Made by a program: the position numbers and the translations under genes | In this document: in pieces, positions 9,484 to 20,157 of the stretch | Position numbering within the stretch: the first letter of the stretch is position 1 | Layout: each line of letters starts with the position of its first letter | DNA from: a virus | Taxonomy: Duplodnaviria > Caudoviricetes | Length of the DNA: 60,769 bases | Direction: 5' to 3' (one strand) | IMG/VR virus record: IMGVR_UViG_3300009182_004229 | Span: 1 to 60,769 of that record | Notes under the pieces: model-generated | Told to the model about the DNA's origin: nothing | Databases searched by the model: none | What the model saw: the letters and a program-made list of their open reading frames with translations, nothing else

Positions 9484-10026
9484 ATGAAACTCCAAGATCT
9501 CGCCGAATCCAAGCAAAAAGAACAGCTAGAGCTGATAAAATTGCCCTATGCCATGAGCGCACTTGAACCCATCATGGAGCGCAAGGTGGTGGAATTCCAC
9601 TACAGCGTGCTCAGCAAGGGCTATGTGGATCGCTACAACCGGGGCGAGGGCGATCCAGGATTCAACAGGGCAGGAGCGCTGCTGCACAACCTCTGGTGGC
9701 CACAGCTGATGGCACCCAAGCTCAACAACAGGCCTCGAGGCGCTGTCGCTGATCTCATGGAAAAGACACAGGGGGGCTGGGATGAGTTCAAGGAAACGTT
9801 TACCAAAACCGCGCTTGACCTTCAGGGCAGCGGTTGGTGCTACATGGCCAAGAATGGTGAGATCAAGACGCTGAAGAACCAAAGCTGGCGATCAGACGTG
9901 GTCATGCCCATTGACCTCTGGGAGCACAGCTACACTCCATTCACGCTGCGCAAGGACTATCTCAAGACCATATGGCGCATCATTGACTGGAACGTGATCA
10001 ATCATCGCCTGTCTGCCAGCACGTAG
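9484..10026 (+). CDS. Fe/Mn superoxide dismutase family protein
   Basis: LPYAMSALEP, EFHY, LHNLWW, QGSGW and DLWEHSY; all four metal ligands appear to be kept. Confidence 0.88.
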   Translation: MKLQDLAESKQKEQLELIKLPYAMSALEPIMERKVVEFHYSVLSKGYVDRYNRGEGDPGFNRAGALLHNLWWPQLMAPKLNNRPRGAVADLMEKTQGGWDEFKETFTKTALDLQGSGWCYMAKNGEIKTLKNQSWRSDVVMPIDLWEHSYTPFTLRKDYLKTIWRIIDWNVINHRLSAST

Positions 10027-10727
10027 TCCCTGCCCGACACAGTCATGGGCACTGGGGCTCTGTGAGATTCGAACCAATCCCAGCCACGCTTGAGCTCTAA
10101 CCAAAATGCCAGATTGTGATCATGTGTCAGACCCAGCATGCGCCAGTCAGTCATCCTGAAAGGGTAGATCTGCAGCTGCACTGACTGCTGTCCATAGCGT
10201 GCGCTATCACGCACAGCAGCATAGATCTCTTCCATGCTGGCATCTGTCATGGCATAGCAGCCTGCGCTGCTGCAGCCTCCGTGTATCATCACGTCACTGC
10301 CAGTGTAGCCCCAGTTGCGATCAAACTGGTTGGGATAACCAGTGTTGATGCTGAGATGCTCGCGGCTGTGTGGGTTCAAGCTGCTCACAGTGATGCTGTA
10401 GAAGCCTTCTGGTGCCTGTCGATCTCCCTGGCGCCGCTTGGGACCCAGACCACCGCTGAACCTGCAGATGGGATAGGTCTTGGCAAGTATCCATGCACCA
10501 TCTCGCTGCTGTCGCCACAGTTCCAGCTCGTGGTCTTCCTTGATTATGCGCAGCAGCACTGCCCCCTGTGCGTCCACGCCCTCGGGCTGAGTGTTGATGC
10601 TCTGCTGCACGGTTCCTCGCCGAGGATCATGCCGATCAAACTGCTGGACCTCGGGTACAGTGCTGAGGCTGGCACAGCCACCGAGCAGCGTGGTTAACAG
10701 GACCACCCCTGCCTGCCGCGCGTTCAT
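10002..10727 (-). CDS. L,D-transpeptidase family lipoprotein (YkuD, YafK/DpaA-like)
   Basis: Lipobox LLGGC; [16 protein letters not shown]; catalytic [12 protein letters not shown]. Confidence 0.88.
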   Translation of the reverse strand: MNARQAGVVLLTTLLGGCASLSTVPEVQQFDRHDPRRGTVQQSINTQPEGVDAQGAVLLRIIKEDHELELWRQQRDGAWILAKTYPICRFSGGLGPKRRQGDRQAPEGFYSITVSSLNPHSREHLSINTGYPNQFDRNWGYTGSDVMIHGGCSSAGCYAMTDASMEEIYAAVRDSARYGQQSVQLQIYPFRMTDWRMLGLTHDHNLAFWLELKRGWDWFESHRAPVPMTVSGRDYVLADRR

Positions 10728-12193
10728 TGGTCCAAGATCGCTGACAGGATGTCCTTGGCACGCTGTGGGTTCTTGAGACGCTCCAAGGCTTTGTTTTCAA
10801 TCTGGCGCACGCGCTCACGAGTGACGTTGAAGCGATTGCCGATCTCTTCCAAGGTATACTCTCGCATGGTACCGATGCCGAAGCGCATGCGCAGCACGCG
10901 CTCTTCTCTGCTGCTCAGTCCTTCCAACACACCGCCTATTACCTCGGTGATCTCTGCCTTGGCGATCTGCTCAAACGCATTCTCAGATTCCGTGTCTTGG
11001 ATGAGATTGCCCAGCTTGCCCTCTTCTTCGTCGCCCACGGGCGTCTCCAAGCTGATTGGATCCTTGGCCACTCGCAGCGTGCGATTGATCTTTTCCACGT
11101 CACAGTTCAGCATCTTGGCCAGCTCTTCCACGCTGGGTTCATGTCCCGTGACAAACAGATGTTCCTTGGTGGCTTTCTGTATCTTTTTCAGCGTGTCCAA
11201 CACGTGGCTGGGGATGCGGATGGTGCGATTGCTTTCAGTGGCTGCCTTGATGATGGCCTGTCGGATCCACCATGTGGCGTAAGTTGAGAACCTATAGCCC
11301 AGCTGCCACTTGAACTTCTCCACGGCCTTGAGCAGGCCGATATTGCCCTCTTGGATGAGGTCCAGCAGCTGCCCACCGTTATAGCTGTTTTGGTTGTACT
11401 TCTTGGCCACTGAGATCACCAAGCGCAGGTTGGCCTTGGCCATGGCTGCGATGGCATCGTCCTTGACCTTGCTCTGATGGCGCAGCACTCGCACTGCGGT
11501 GCGCAGCTCGCCCACTGGCAATCCAGCAGCGTCTGCCTGTTCCTGCATCATGCCCACCCAGTGTCCGATCTCGTTGGCTTTCTGCTTGAGCTTGTCCCAC
11601 TTCTTGCCCTTGGTATCCTGCAGCCATGTCATGTGCTCATGGCCCACATAGCGTTCCAAGAAGTCATTGCGATCGATGCCACAGTCCAGCGCTAGCCGCA
11701 TTAGCGCACCATCGCCCTCCAGCAGCTTTTTATTGGTTCCCTGCAGGCGCTCCATGATCATGCCGATGCTGGCAGGCAAGAGATTCAGCTCATTGAACGC
11801 GGCAATCAGCTCGTCCTTGGCAGCTTTCTTGCTGGTATCGCTGAGATAGCTGGCACAGAGATCGCGCACGCCGGTCAGCTGTGTGTTGAGCTCTTCGCTG
11901 AGCGCGCCATCTTCGTCGCCTTCAAGATCAAACACCGTGTCAACGGCTCTGGTGCCATGCTGTATGTCAGCGATCCAACCGTCGATGGTCTGCACAGTCA
12001 TGGGCACAGCAAACAGCGTGTCCATGATCAGCTGCTTGCTGCTTTCGATGGTCTTGCTGAACTCGATTTCCTTGGCATGGTTCAGCAGTGGTGTCTTGCC
12101 CACTTCCCTTAGATACAAGCGCACGGGATCGCTGCTGGTGCTCTCGCTGCTTTCTCGTGACTTAGCGACCTTCTTGCTGGGCTGTTTAACCAT
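10724..12193 (-). CDS. rpoD: RpoD-like sigma70 factor lacking region 1.1
   Basis: [11 protein letters not shown] (1.2), [40 protein letters not shown]...[10 protein letters not shown]. Confidence 0.92.
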   Translation of the reverse strand: MVKQPSKKVAKSRESSESTSSDPVRLYLREVGKTPLLNHAKEIEFSKTIESSKQLIMDTLFAVPMTVQTIDGWIADIQHGTRAVDTVFDLEGDEDGALSEELNTQLTGVRDLCASYLSDTSKKAAKDELIAAFNELNLLPASIGMIMERLQGTNKKLLEGDGALMRLALDCGIDRNDFLERYVGHEHMTWLQDTKGKKWDKLKQKANEIGHWVGMMQEQADAAGLPVGELRTAVRVLRHQSKVKDDAIAAMAKANLRLVISVAKKYNQNSYNGGQLLDLIQEGNIGLLKAVEKFKWQLGYRFSTYATWWIRQAIIKAATESNRTIRIPSHVLDTLKKIQKATKEHLFVTGHEPSVEELAKMLNCDVEKINRTLRVAKDPISLETPVGDEEEGKLGNLIQDTESENAFEQIAKAEITEVIGGVLEGLSSREERVLRMRFGIGTMREYTLEEIGNRFNVTRERVRQIENKALERLKNPQRAKDILSAILDQ

Positions 12194-12238
12194 GTGATGC
12201 CTGCTCCTGTGTGCGTGATGGTGGTCGTGCTAGCAACC

Positions 12239-12267
12239 AAGCTAGCATGATCTGTGTGGCCTGTCAA
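12239..12267 (-). promoter_or_regulatory. Promoter TTGACA-N12-CATGC-TAGCTT upstream of the sigma gene
   Basis: Same motif at 35192-35220, 38115-38142 and 41328-41355. Confidence 0.7.
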
Positions 12268-12279
12268 GTGGATTTGTGT

Positions 12280-12438
12280 CTAGCCGCCCCTGGGACCAGC
12301 TTTGCGGATGACGTTCTTGGGTGCGTTGTAGCTGTTTTGCTTGTGCGAGTTCTTGAAATCGCTGCGCAAATTCTTGGGATCTGGCTTGTTTATCTTGGGT
12401 AATATGATAGTGGTTTTTGGTTTTTTACCATCCGTCAT
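12280..12438 (-). CDS. Small basic hypothetical protein (52 aa)
   Basis: MTDGKKPK...GPRGG with GGAGAG RBS. Confidence 0.55.
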   Translation of the reverse strand: MTDGKKPKTTIILPKINKPDPKNLRSDFKNSHKQNSYNAPKNVIRKAGPRGG

Positions 12439-12542
12439 CTGTCTCTCCGCTGCACCGTTACCTCTATTATATAGCGGCGTGATCTGTGGTTTACAACGAG
12501 CCCAATCAAAAATATAATGGAATCTCCGCACTGGCCTAAGGT

Positions 12543-12548
12543 TAAATA
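12543..12548 (+). promoter_or_regulatory. TAAATA(TC) late-promoter-like box heading the radical SAM operon
   Basis: 4 nt upstream of ATG at 12553. Confidence 0.65.
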
Positions 12549-12552
12549 TCTG

Positions 12553-13977
12553 ATGTCTCAGCTCATATTATGGAACATGCCAGCCACATATGATAGCACA
12601 GCCAGTGCTGTGAGACCTCTTGGACCACACAAGCTGGCTAGCTGGTTGCGGCAGAATGGATATGCTGTCAAGGTGATAGATTTCGCAGGCTGCATGAGCC
12701 TGGCAGATCTGGTTGCCATCACGGAAAGATGGATCGATCACACCACCCTGGCCATAGGCGTCAGCACCACTTTCTTCCCCAACGAAGATCCTCAGGCTAG
12801 ATCGTCAGGCCAGGCCATAGAACAGGCATTGCCCATGCCAGATTGGGTCAGAGCAGGCCAAGCTGCTGTGGCGGCCAAATACCCTGGCCTGCGTTGGGTC
12901 ATGGGCGGAACTCGAGTCAACCAATTTCTACAGCCTGGCTGGACTGGTTTCACGGGTGCCGGCGAAGATCAGATGCTGGCATGGTTGGATGAGACCAGCC
13001 AAGCAGCTGGTCAGACCAGGCCACGGTTCGATATCACCACCAGCTGTGGTCCCGTGTTCACCGACGACGATCACATAGATCGCTGGGAAGTGATACCGAT
13101 CGAGCTGGGCCGTGGCTGCATGTTCCGCTGTAGGTTCTGCAGCTATGAATATCTGGGCAAGACTCCTGGCACCTATCTGCGCAGTGCTGACAGCATCAAA
13201 GCTGAGATCATGCACTACCATGAGCGCTGGGGCGTCACGAGGTTCTATTACATCGACGACACTGTTAATGAAACAGTGGAAAAGGTGCGCATGCTCAGGG
13301 ACATAGCTGCCAGCGTGCCCTTTAGACTGGAATGGATCGGCTACATCAGGGCTGACTTGGTATGGGCACGCCCCGAGACTGAACAGCTGTTGCTGGAAAG
13401 CGGCCTGCGCAGCACTTTCATAGGCATAGAAAGCTTTGAGTCCAACAGCAGCAAGATGATAGGCAAGGGTTGGTCAGGACTGCACGGCAAGGAATGGTTG
13501 CTGAAGATGCAGCAGCGGTGGGAAGGCAAGATCAACTGGGCGCTGGGACTGATAGTGGGTCTACCTGGACAGACAGAAGCACAGCTCGAAGCTGATGGCC
13601 AGTGGTTGATTGACAACAACATGAACAATTGGCGCTGGGCTGCGCTGTGGATCAGTCCAGGCATGTTTGAAAGCGAGTTCAGCCGCAACAGTCAGAAATA
13701 CGGTTTCAGCTTCCCTGATCCCACTCAGAGCTGGGAGTGGGCACACCAAGAAAGTGGCTGGAACCTGACCAAGGCACGCAAGCTGGTCATGAAATACACT
13801 CGCGCACATCGACCACTGATGAAGCAGGCTGCTTGGCCACTGGGGGATTGGGCTAGCCTGGGATTTGAACTGGATCTTCTCATGCAGGAAAACTGCAAGA
13901 CCAGCCCATACCTACCCATCCTAGCAGAGCGCAAGCTAGCGTTCGTGGAAAATTACGTTGCCCACAGCCTGGCTTGA
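12553..13977 (+). CDS. Radical SAM protein with B12-binding-like N-terminal domain
   Basis: ELGRGCMFRCRFC, YIDDT, IGIES, LIVGLPG. Confidence 0.88.
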   Translation: MSQLILWNMPATYDSTASAVRPLGPHKLASWLRQNGYAVKVIDFAGCMSLADLVAITERWIDHTTLAIGVSTTFFPNEDPQARSSGQAIEQALPMPDWVRAGQAAVAAKYPGLRWVMGGTRVNQFLQPGWTGFTGAGEDQMLAWLDETSQAAGQTRPRFDITTSCGPVFTDDDHIDRWEVIPIELGRGCMFRCRFCSYEYLGKTPGTYLRSADSIKAEIMHYHERWGVTRFYYIDDTVNETVEKVRMLRDIAASVPFRLEWIGYIRADLVWARPETEQLLLESGLRSTFIGIESFESNSSKMIGKGWSGLHGKEWLLKMQQRWEGKINWALGLIVGLPGQTEAQLEADGQWLIDNNMNNWRWAALWISPGMFESEFSRNSQKYGFSFPDPTQSWEWAHQESGWNLTKARKLVMKYTRAHRPLMKQAAWPLGDWASLGFELDLLMQENCKTSPYLPILAERKLAFVENYVAHSLA

Positions 13978-14030
13978 TAGATCAGCCCAACTTTATATGC
14001 TATAATAAATCACGACCTTGGAAACGATCA

Positions 14031-15413
14031 GTGGCAGACAAGCAACGCATAGATGAGCTGGCACCCCTGATGGACGCGATCAGTCCTACCTTCTGCTTGG
14101 CCAAATGGCATCATACCACCATATACCTCCACACCGGCGAGACCCACAGCTGCTATCATCCAGCTCCACATGCCATAGACGAAAAGCGCATTGGCTGGGA
14201 CCCTGGCGCCCTGCACAACACTCGCGAGAAAAAGGCAGAACGTCGCCAGATGCTGAACGGGGGCAAGCCCAAGGGCTGCGACTACTGCTGGAAGATCGAA
14301 GACATGGGCACAGGCTATGTCAGCGATAGGCACATACGCAACAGCACCATCTATCGCCCTGAACGCTTGGCAGAGATCACTGCACTGGGTGCCAACTTTG
14401 ATGTCAAGCCCGAGTACATAGAGATCAGCTTTGGCAACGAGTGCAACTTCAAGTGTGGCTACTGCCATCCCAAGGCCAGCAGCAAATACTACAACGAGAT
14501 ACGAGACCACGGTCCCTATGTCATGGTCAAGAACCATCGCTGCGACATAGATTGGCTGCACATACGCGAAGAAGATTCCAATCCCTTCGTGGATGCTTGG
14601 TGGCAGTGGTGGCCGCAGATCAGAGACACTGTGAACATCATGCGAGTCACTGGCGGCGAGCCTCTGTTACACAGCAGCACCTGGCTGCTGCTGGACGACC
14701 TGCTGGCCAATCCCATGCCCAATCTAGAGCTGAACATCAACAGCAATCTGGGAGTCAAGCCCATCCTGGTGGAGCGCATGAGCCGCAAGGTCAGACAGCT
14801 CATGGATCACGGCTGCATCAAGAGCTTCAGCCTTTATACCAGCATGGATACCTGGGGTCCACAGGCAGAATACATACGCACAGGCTTAGACTTGGCGACC
14901 TGGGAGCAGAACCTAGACACCTATATGACAGTGAGCGGCCAGATCGTCAGCTTTATGATCACCTTCAATGCGCTGAGCGTGCCCAACTTCCAGTCACTGC
15001 TGGTCAAGCTGTTGGAATGGCGTGCTCGATATGCTCCCACACATGATCCCAAGCCCAAGATACGCAACGTGCGGTTTGACACGCCCTATCTCAGAGAGCC
15101 ACTGCAGTATGACATCAACATACTGCCCAAGGCAGAATTCATGCCCTATATGCATGCTGCGTTGGCCTACATGGAAGCTCACGAGGATGACGAGAACAAG
15201 CAGGCCTTTGGCACCCTGGAGGTAGACAAGTTCCGACGAGTGGTGAGATACATGGAGACCACTGCGTACACAGAGGATAAAATAACAGAGGGCAGGCGAG
15301 ACTTCCATGCTTGGTTCACGGAGCATGATCGCCGACGGCACACGGATTTCACGGCCACTTTCCCAGAGCTGGTTGAATTTTACAGGGAGTGCGCTCAGAT
15401 CCATGAACACTGA
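14031..15413 (+). CDS. Radical SAM protein with N-terminal twitch/SPASM-like domain
   Basis: FCLAKW..SCYH..CDYC, then CNFKCGYC and TGGEP; GTG start after TGCTATAAT at 13998-14006. Confidence 0.88.
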   Translation: MADKQRIDELAPLMDAISPTFCLAKWHHTTIYLHTGETHSCYHPAPHAIDEKRIGWDPGALHNTREKKAERRQMLNGGKPKGCDYCWKIEDMGTGYVSDRHIRNSTIYRPERLAEITALGANFDVKPEYIEISFGNECNFKCGYCHPKASSKYYNEIRDHGPYVMVKNHRCDIDWLHIREEDSNPFVDAWWQWWPQIRDTVNIMRVTGGEPLLHSSTWLLLDDLLANPMPNLELNINSNLGVKPILVERMSRKVRQLMDHGCIKSFSLYTSMDTWGPQAEYIRTGLDLATWEQNLDTYMTVSGQIVSFMITFNALSVPNFQSLLVKLLEWRARYAPTHDPKPKIRNVRFDTPYLREPLQYDINILPKAEFMPYMHAALAYMEAHEDDENKQAFGTLEVDKFRRVVRYMETTAYTEDKITEGRRDFHAWFTEHDRRRHTDFTATFPELVEFYRECAQIHEH

Positions 15414-17649
15414 TGATCTCATAGACTCCAAGAAGAATGAAGTGTTCTGCATGCTGCCTTGGACGCACATGCACTTCTGGCCAGATGGCCGCACCATGCC
15501 CTGCTGCATCACGGACCCTAACACCAACGTGTTGGGCAACTTCAACGATCAGACCATAGCACAGCTGTGGAACAGCGAACTGATCCGCGACATGCGACGC
15601 AACATGCTGGCAGGTCGACGCAGCCATGCCTGCAGCAAGTGCTACGAGCAAGAGTCAGCTGGCGTGGAAACTCTGCGCATCAGCAGCAATGCTGAGCTCA
15701 AGCAGCATCTGCCCTTGGTCTCGGAGACTGCTGATGATGGTGCTCTGCCTCGCGTGAACCTGGCATACCTGGACATACGCTTCAGCAACATCTGCAACCT
15801 GCGCTGCAGGACCTGTGGCCACGGTCTCAGCAGTGGATGGTACGACGAGTACAAGGCTCGCTGGCCAGAATACAGCCAGCCCCGCATCATGAACATCAAC
15901 AAGTCCGGGGACTTCTGGGCTCAGCTGCTGCCGCATCTGGACCACACTGAGCATGTGCACTTCGCAGGCGGTGAGAGCCTCATGACTGACGAGCATTATC
16001 GCATGCTGGACCATTGGATCAGCCGAGGTCTCAAGTACGTGCTGCTGCGCTATACCACCAACTTCACGGTGCTGAACTACAAGAAGCGTGATCTGTTCGA
16101 ACTGTGGAAGAACTTCAACAACATCAGGGTGGCAGCTAGCTTGGATGGCAGCCATGCTCGCGGAGAGTATCTGCGCAAGAACATGGTGTGGAGCGAGGTA
16201 GTGGAGAACCGCCGCCGACTGATGCGAGAAGTGCCTAAGGTGGTGTTTGCGATCACGCCCACCGTGAGCCTCATGAACGTGCTGCACCTGCCTGACTTCC
16301 ACAGGGAATGGATAGAGCTGGGCCTGCTGGAACCCCAGCATGCACGGCTGAACATACTGACCTGGCCCAACCACAGCAGCGTGCGAGTGCTGCCCAGCCA
16401 TCTCAAGGACCAAGCGCGGCACAAGATACGCGAGCACCAGACCTGGCTGAGGTCACTGGGCACGCCAGACTGGTATGTCAGCAACTGGGACAGCGTGATC
16501 AACGTCATGGACAGCAGCGACGACAGCCACCTCATCCCTGACTTCCTCCGCGAGACCAAGCTGGTGGATGGCATGCGCAAGGAAAGCTTCTTTGACACGT
16601 TCCCCGAGCTGGCCAGCATGGATCCTGATGCCCGGCCCCGCTCAGTGCCCGCAGCGGCTGTGCCTTCAGCAGTGACTACTGGTGCTCAGCTGGACAGGAT
16701 AGACTGGAGCGGCGAGCCAGTGCTGTTCATCACCTGGCAGACCAGCGATGTCTGCAACCATCGCTGTGGCTACTGCAACCCTGGCAACTATGGCGGCACA
16801 CAGCCCAACACTGACATCAAGGCCTACCAGCGCAACATGGCCACCATGTTGGCTGCCATGCGCGACCGAGGCTTCAAGAGGATCAAGCTGTTCCTCAGCG
16901 GAGGCGAACCCACGCACTGGCAGGGGCTCATACCCATGCTGGACTGGTTCAAGTTCAGCAGCGACTATGACGTCACGGTGGCCATCAACACCAACCTCAG
17001 CAGGCCCACGGTGTGGTGGGAGAGGTTCCACAGTTACTTCGACGACGTGGTGGCCAGCTACCACCCCGAGTGGGTCAAGCACGAGCAGTTCATGGCCAAT
17101 GCCAAGTACTTGGAGACCAGAGTCAACTACTTGGCCATACGCATGATGATGGCCGAGGACCACTGGGATAGCCAGATGGCGCGTGCTGATGAGATCTTTG
17201 ATGCCATGGGTAACGTGCACATGGAATACGTACCCATACTGGCCGAGATGAGCACTGCGGCCGAGCCCTATGACTACAGCGACAAGAACAAGATAGACTG
17301 GCTGATGAACAACAACCTGCGCATCAAGCAGACGCTGACCAAGCCCAAGAACAGAGTGGGCAGCACAGCCACCATGGAGCATTGGAGCGACGGCACGGTG
17401 CAGCCAGTGAACAGCAACAGGTTGGCAGCAGAGCGCGTCAACTTCTTTGAGGGTTGGCAGTGCGATCTTGGTACCAGCATCAACATAGGCATCAATGGCG
17501 ACATAACCCTGGGCAGCTGTGGCGTCAGCGGAGTCATAGGCAACATCTCTGGGCAGCTGAACCTGGACAGCCTGCCCGTGACAGTGACCTGCAGCAAGCA
17601 CCACTGCCACTGCGGCACTGACATCTGCATCCCCAAGAGGCGCACATGA
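15403..17649 (+). CDS. Fusion of two radical SAM domains, each with an auxiliary Cys-rich domain
   Basis: CNLRCRTC/AGGES and CNHRCGYC/SGGEP, joined by a P/A-rich linker. Confidence 0.88.
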   Translation: MNTDDLIDSKKNEVFCMLPWTHMHFWPDGRTMPCCITDPNTNVLGNFNDQTIAQLWNSELIRDMRRNMLAGRRSHACSKCYEQESAGVETLRISSNAELKQHLPLVSETADDGALPRVNLAYLDIRFSNICNLRCRTCGHGLSSGWYDEYKARWPEYSQPRIMNINKSGDFWAQLLPHLDHTEHVHFAGGESLMTDEHYRMLDHWISRGLKYVLLRYTTNFTVLNYKKRDLFELWKNFNNIRVAASLDGSHARGEYLRKNMVWSEVVENRRRLMREVPKVVFAITPTVSLMNVLHLPDFHREWIELGLLEPQHARLNILTWPNHSSVRVLPSHLKDQARHKIREHQTWLRSLGTPDWYVSNWDSVINVMDSSDDSHLIPDFLRETKLVDGMRKESFFDTFPELASMDPDARPRSVPAAAVPSAVTTGAQLDRIDWSGEPVLFITWQTSDVCNHRCGYCNPGNYGGTQPNTDIKAYQRNMATMLAAMRDRGFKRIKLFLSGGEPTHWQGLIPMLDWFKFSSDYDVTVAINTNLSRPTVWWERFHSYFDDVVASYHPEWVKHEQFMANAKYLETRVNYLAIRMMMAEDHWDSQMARADEIFDAMGNVHMEYVPILAEMSTAAEPYDYSDKNKIDWLMNNNLRIKQTLTKPKNRVGSTATMEHWSDGTVQPVNSNRLAAERVNFFEGWQCDLGTSINIGINGDITLGSCGVSGVIGNISGQLNLDSLPVTVTCSKHHCHCGTDICIPKRRT

Positions 17650-18911
17650 CCACTGACAGCTTCTGCGTGATGCCATGGCGCAATCTCAACACCACTCCCA
17701 TGGGCCAGTGCAAGCTCTGCTGCAACATACAGGATTTCAAGGTCATACATGAGGTGGGCGGCACTCCCTTGAACTGGGGCACCAACAGCCTCACGCACAT
17801 CTGGAACGGTGAGCACATGCAGGGCGTGCGGCAGAAGATGCTGCAGGGTGAACAGGTCAGCGACTGTGGCATCTGTTATGGCATCGAAGCCAGCGGGGTA
17901 GCTAGCCCACGGCAACTGGCCAATCAAGCACAGCCCATGGATAGATCTCTGCTAGGTAGGATCAGCGACAGCTTGCCTGTGAGTTTTGAGCTGCGGCCCA
18001 GCACTCGCTGCAACCTAACCTGCGTCACTTGCTGGAGCGGCAGCAGCGACAGGGTGGCTGCACAGAGGCGTGAGCTTTTGGATGATGACAACACAGTGCT
18101 ACCGCCGTGGTTGGCCAAAGAATGGCACAAGGAGCTGCGCATCAACAAATCAGATGGCAGCGAAGAATGGAAAAGCGATGGTGATTACATAAGCAGGTCG
18201 CAGAGCCTTGACAACTTCAAACTCATGGCACCAACCCTGCAGCGTCTGTATATCACAGGCGGCGAGCCAACCATGGATGCCAATATCTATCAGTATCTGG
18301 ACATACTGCTGGAGGCAGGCAACACTGACTGCGAGGTCAGCTTCACCACCAACTGCACCCTGTGGAATCCCAAGCTGATACAGCAGCTGAGCCAGTTCAA
18401 GACAGAAGTGCAGATCAGCATAGACGGTTTTGGTGCGCAGGACGAATTCATACGGCAGGGCACAGTGTGGAGTGAAAAGGACCAAAACTTCCGTCGCTAT
18501 CTCAGCAGTGGCATGGCACAGAGCATCAAGATATTCACGGTGGTCAGCGCACTGAACTGCCTCAGCATGCGACCTCTGCTGCGGCACATCAGCTACACGG
18601 TACAAGAGATAGGGACCCCCTGCATATGGTTCCCCATAGTCTTGGATTTTCCGCCATATCTCAGCGTTGAAGCTGTGCCACTGGCAGCTCGGCAGTCTGC
18701 TTGGCGCGATCTAAAGCGCAGCATTCCTCAAGGCCCCTGTGACATGCATCATGGCATCGCGTATGCCCAGCAGGTGGTGACCAACAGGCCCTTTGACAGT
18801 GATCTCAGCCTGAGGCTGCAGCAGTGGTTGGTGTTCAAGCGCACAGCGCATGGCATAGACACTGCTGACATATTACCAGAGCTCACGGAGGCCCTTGTTG
18901 CCTGTGCCTGA
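17646..18911 (+). CDS. Twitch-domain radical SAM protein
   Basis: FCVMPW..CC..CGIC; CNLTCVTC; TGGEP. Confidence 0.88.
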   Translation: MTTDSFCVMPWRNLNTTPMGQCKLCCNIQDFKVIHEVGGTPLNWGTNSLTHIWNGEHMQGVRQKMLQGEQVSDCGICYGIEASGVASPRQLANQAQPMDRSLLGRISDSLPVSFELRPSTRCNLTCVTCWSGSSDRVAAQRRELLDDDNTVLPPWLAKEWHKELRINKSDGSEEWKSDGDYISRSQSLDNFKLMAPTLQRLYITGGEPTMDANIYQYLDILLEAGNTDCEVSFTTNCTLWNPKLIQQLSQFKTEVQISIDGFGAQDEFIRQGTVWSEKDQNFRRYLSSGMAQSIKIFTVVSALNCLSMRPLLRHISYTVQEIGTPCIWFPIVLDFPPYLSVEAVPLAARQSAWRDLKRSIPQGPCDMHHGIAYAQQVVTNRPFDSDLSLRLQQWLVFKRTAHGIDTADILPELTEALVACA

Positions 18912-20157
18912 ACATCCCAGCTTCTGCGTGCTAGCCTACAACAGCCTCAGCCTGGATGGTCCCGGCCGGCCACGTCTATGCTGCAACAACCACGGCCACT
19001 GGAAGGACTTCAGCAATCCATTCATCACTGACATCACTGAACCCTTGGAAGTGCTCAACAGCCCGCTGCACAAGGCCGTGAGGCAGAGCATCGCTAAGAG
19101 TGAGAGACATCCAAGCTGCAGCAAGTGCTGGCAGATCGAAGACACTGGTGGTGTCAGCTTCAGGCATATCTGGAACGGTGTCTACAGCGATCTGGGATAC
19201 AGCTGCCAGCCGCGTGCCACGGCCAGCGACGGCACGCTGCTGCCAGGCAGTGACATACAGTATCTGGACATAACCTTTGGCAATAAGTGCAACCTAGTGT
19301 GCCGCATGTGCAACTGGGCCAACAGCCACCTGTGGACCATAGACAACATCAAGCTGGGCAGGCATGACAGCTATGCTGATCAGCGTGCCTCACACCAGCA
19401 GTGGTTCGAGGATCCCAGGGCCATGGAGGTGATACTCAGCACGCTGCCCACGGTCACGCACATCAACTTCCTTGGCGGGGAACCGCTGATCATAAAGCAG
19501 CATCACGAGATCCTTGAAGCCTGCGTGGCGCAGCAAGTGGCACATCGCATCAGCATCAGCTACAACACCAATCTCACGCACATGCCCAGCCAGCTGCTGG
19601 AGCTGTGGCAGCAGTTTGGCCACATAACCATCAATGTCAGCCTCGAAGCAATCGGCAAGGCCAACGACTACATACGTCAGAACAGCAGCTGGGCAGACAT
19701 CATGCGTAACCTACGTGCGCTACTGAGCATAGCAAAGCACCAAGAGACCATGAAGATCGACATACACACCACGTTCGGTCTATACAACTGTTTCAGTGCT
19801 GCTGAGCTGATAACATGGTGCAGGCAAAGGCCTGGATTGGGTGGGCTGCCATTCGTGAACGTGGTCTATCATCCCAGCTACCAAGACGTGAGGCTGCTGC
19901 CAGACAGTGCCAAGCGCACGGTGCGTGATCAGATACTAGCCGCGCTGGAGGGCATGCAGCAGCATCAATATCACGCATCCTGGATAGCGGCACTGAACCA
20001 CATGGACCAAAGCAGTGACTCGGTGTCTGCTCATCGCAACCCCGGATGGCCCACTGACCTGTGGCTTCAGTTCTGGCATGACGCTGGCGAGATAGATCGG
20101 CTCAAGAACAGGGCCATGGCTGATCACTTACCCCAGCTCTGGGAGCTGCGACCATGA
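18895..20157 (+). CDS. Twitch-domain radical SAM protein
   Basis: FCVLAY..CC..CSKC; CNLVCRMC; LGGEP. Confidence 0.88.
   Translation: MLPVPEHPSFCVLAYNSLSLDGPGRPRLCCNNHGHWKDFSNPFITDITEPLEVLNSPLHKAVRQSIAKSERHPSCSKCWQIEDTGGVSFRHIWNGVYSDLGYSCQPRATASDGTLLPGSDIQYLDITFGNKCNLVCRMCNWANSHLWTIDNIKLGRHDSYADQRASHQQWFEDPRAMEVILSTLPTVTHINFLGGEPLIIKQHHEILEACVAQQVAHRISISYNTNLTHMPSQLLELWQQFGHITINVSLEAIGKANDYIRQNSSWADIMRNLRALLSIAKHQETMKIDIHTTFGLYNCFSAAELITWCRQRPGLGGLPFVNVVYHPSYQDVRLLPDSAKRTVRDQILAALEGMQQHQYHASWIAALNHMDQSSDSVSAHRNPGWPTDLWLQFWHDAGEIDRLKNRAMADHLPQLWELRP

Noticed and set aside
16666-17676. Long antisense ORFs (also 15655-16437, 26156-26950, 39852-40655, 43690-44667)
   Set aside because: Shadow frames of GC-rich, codon-biased sense genes with no motifs or initiation signals
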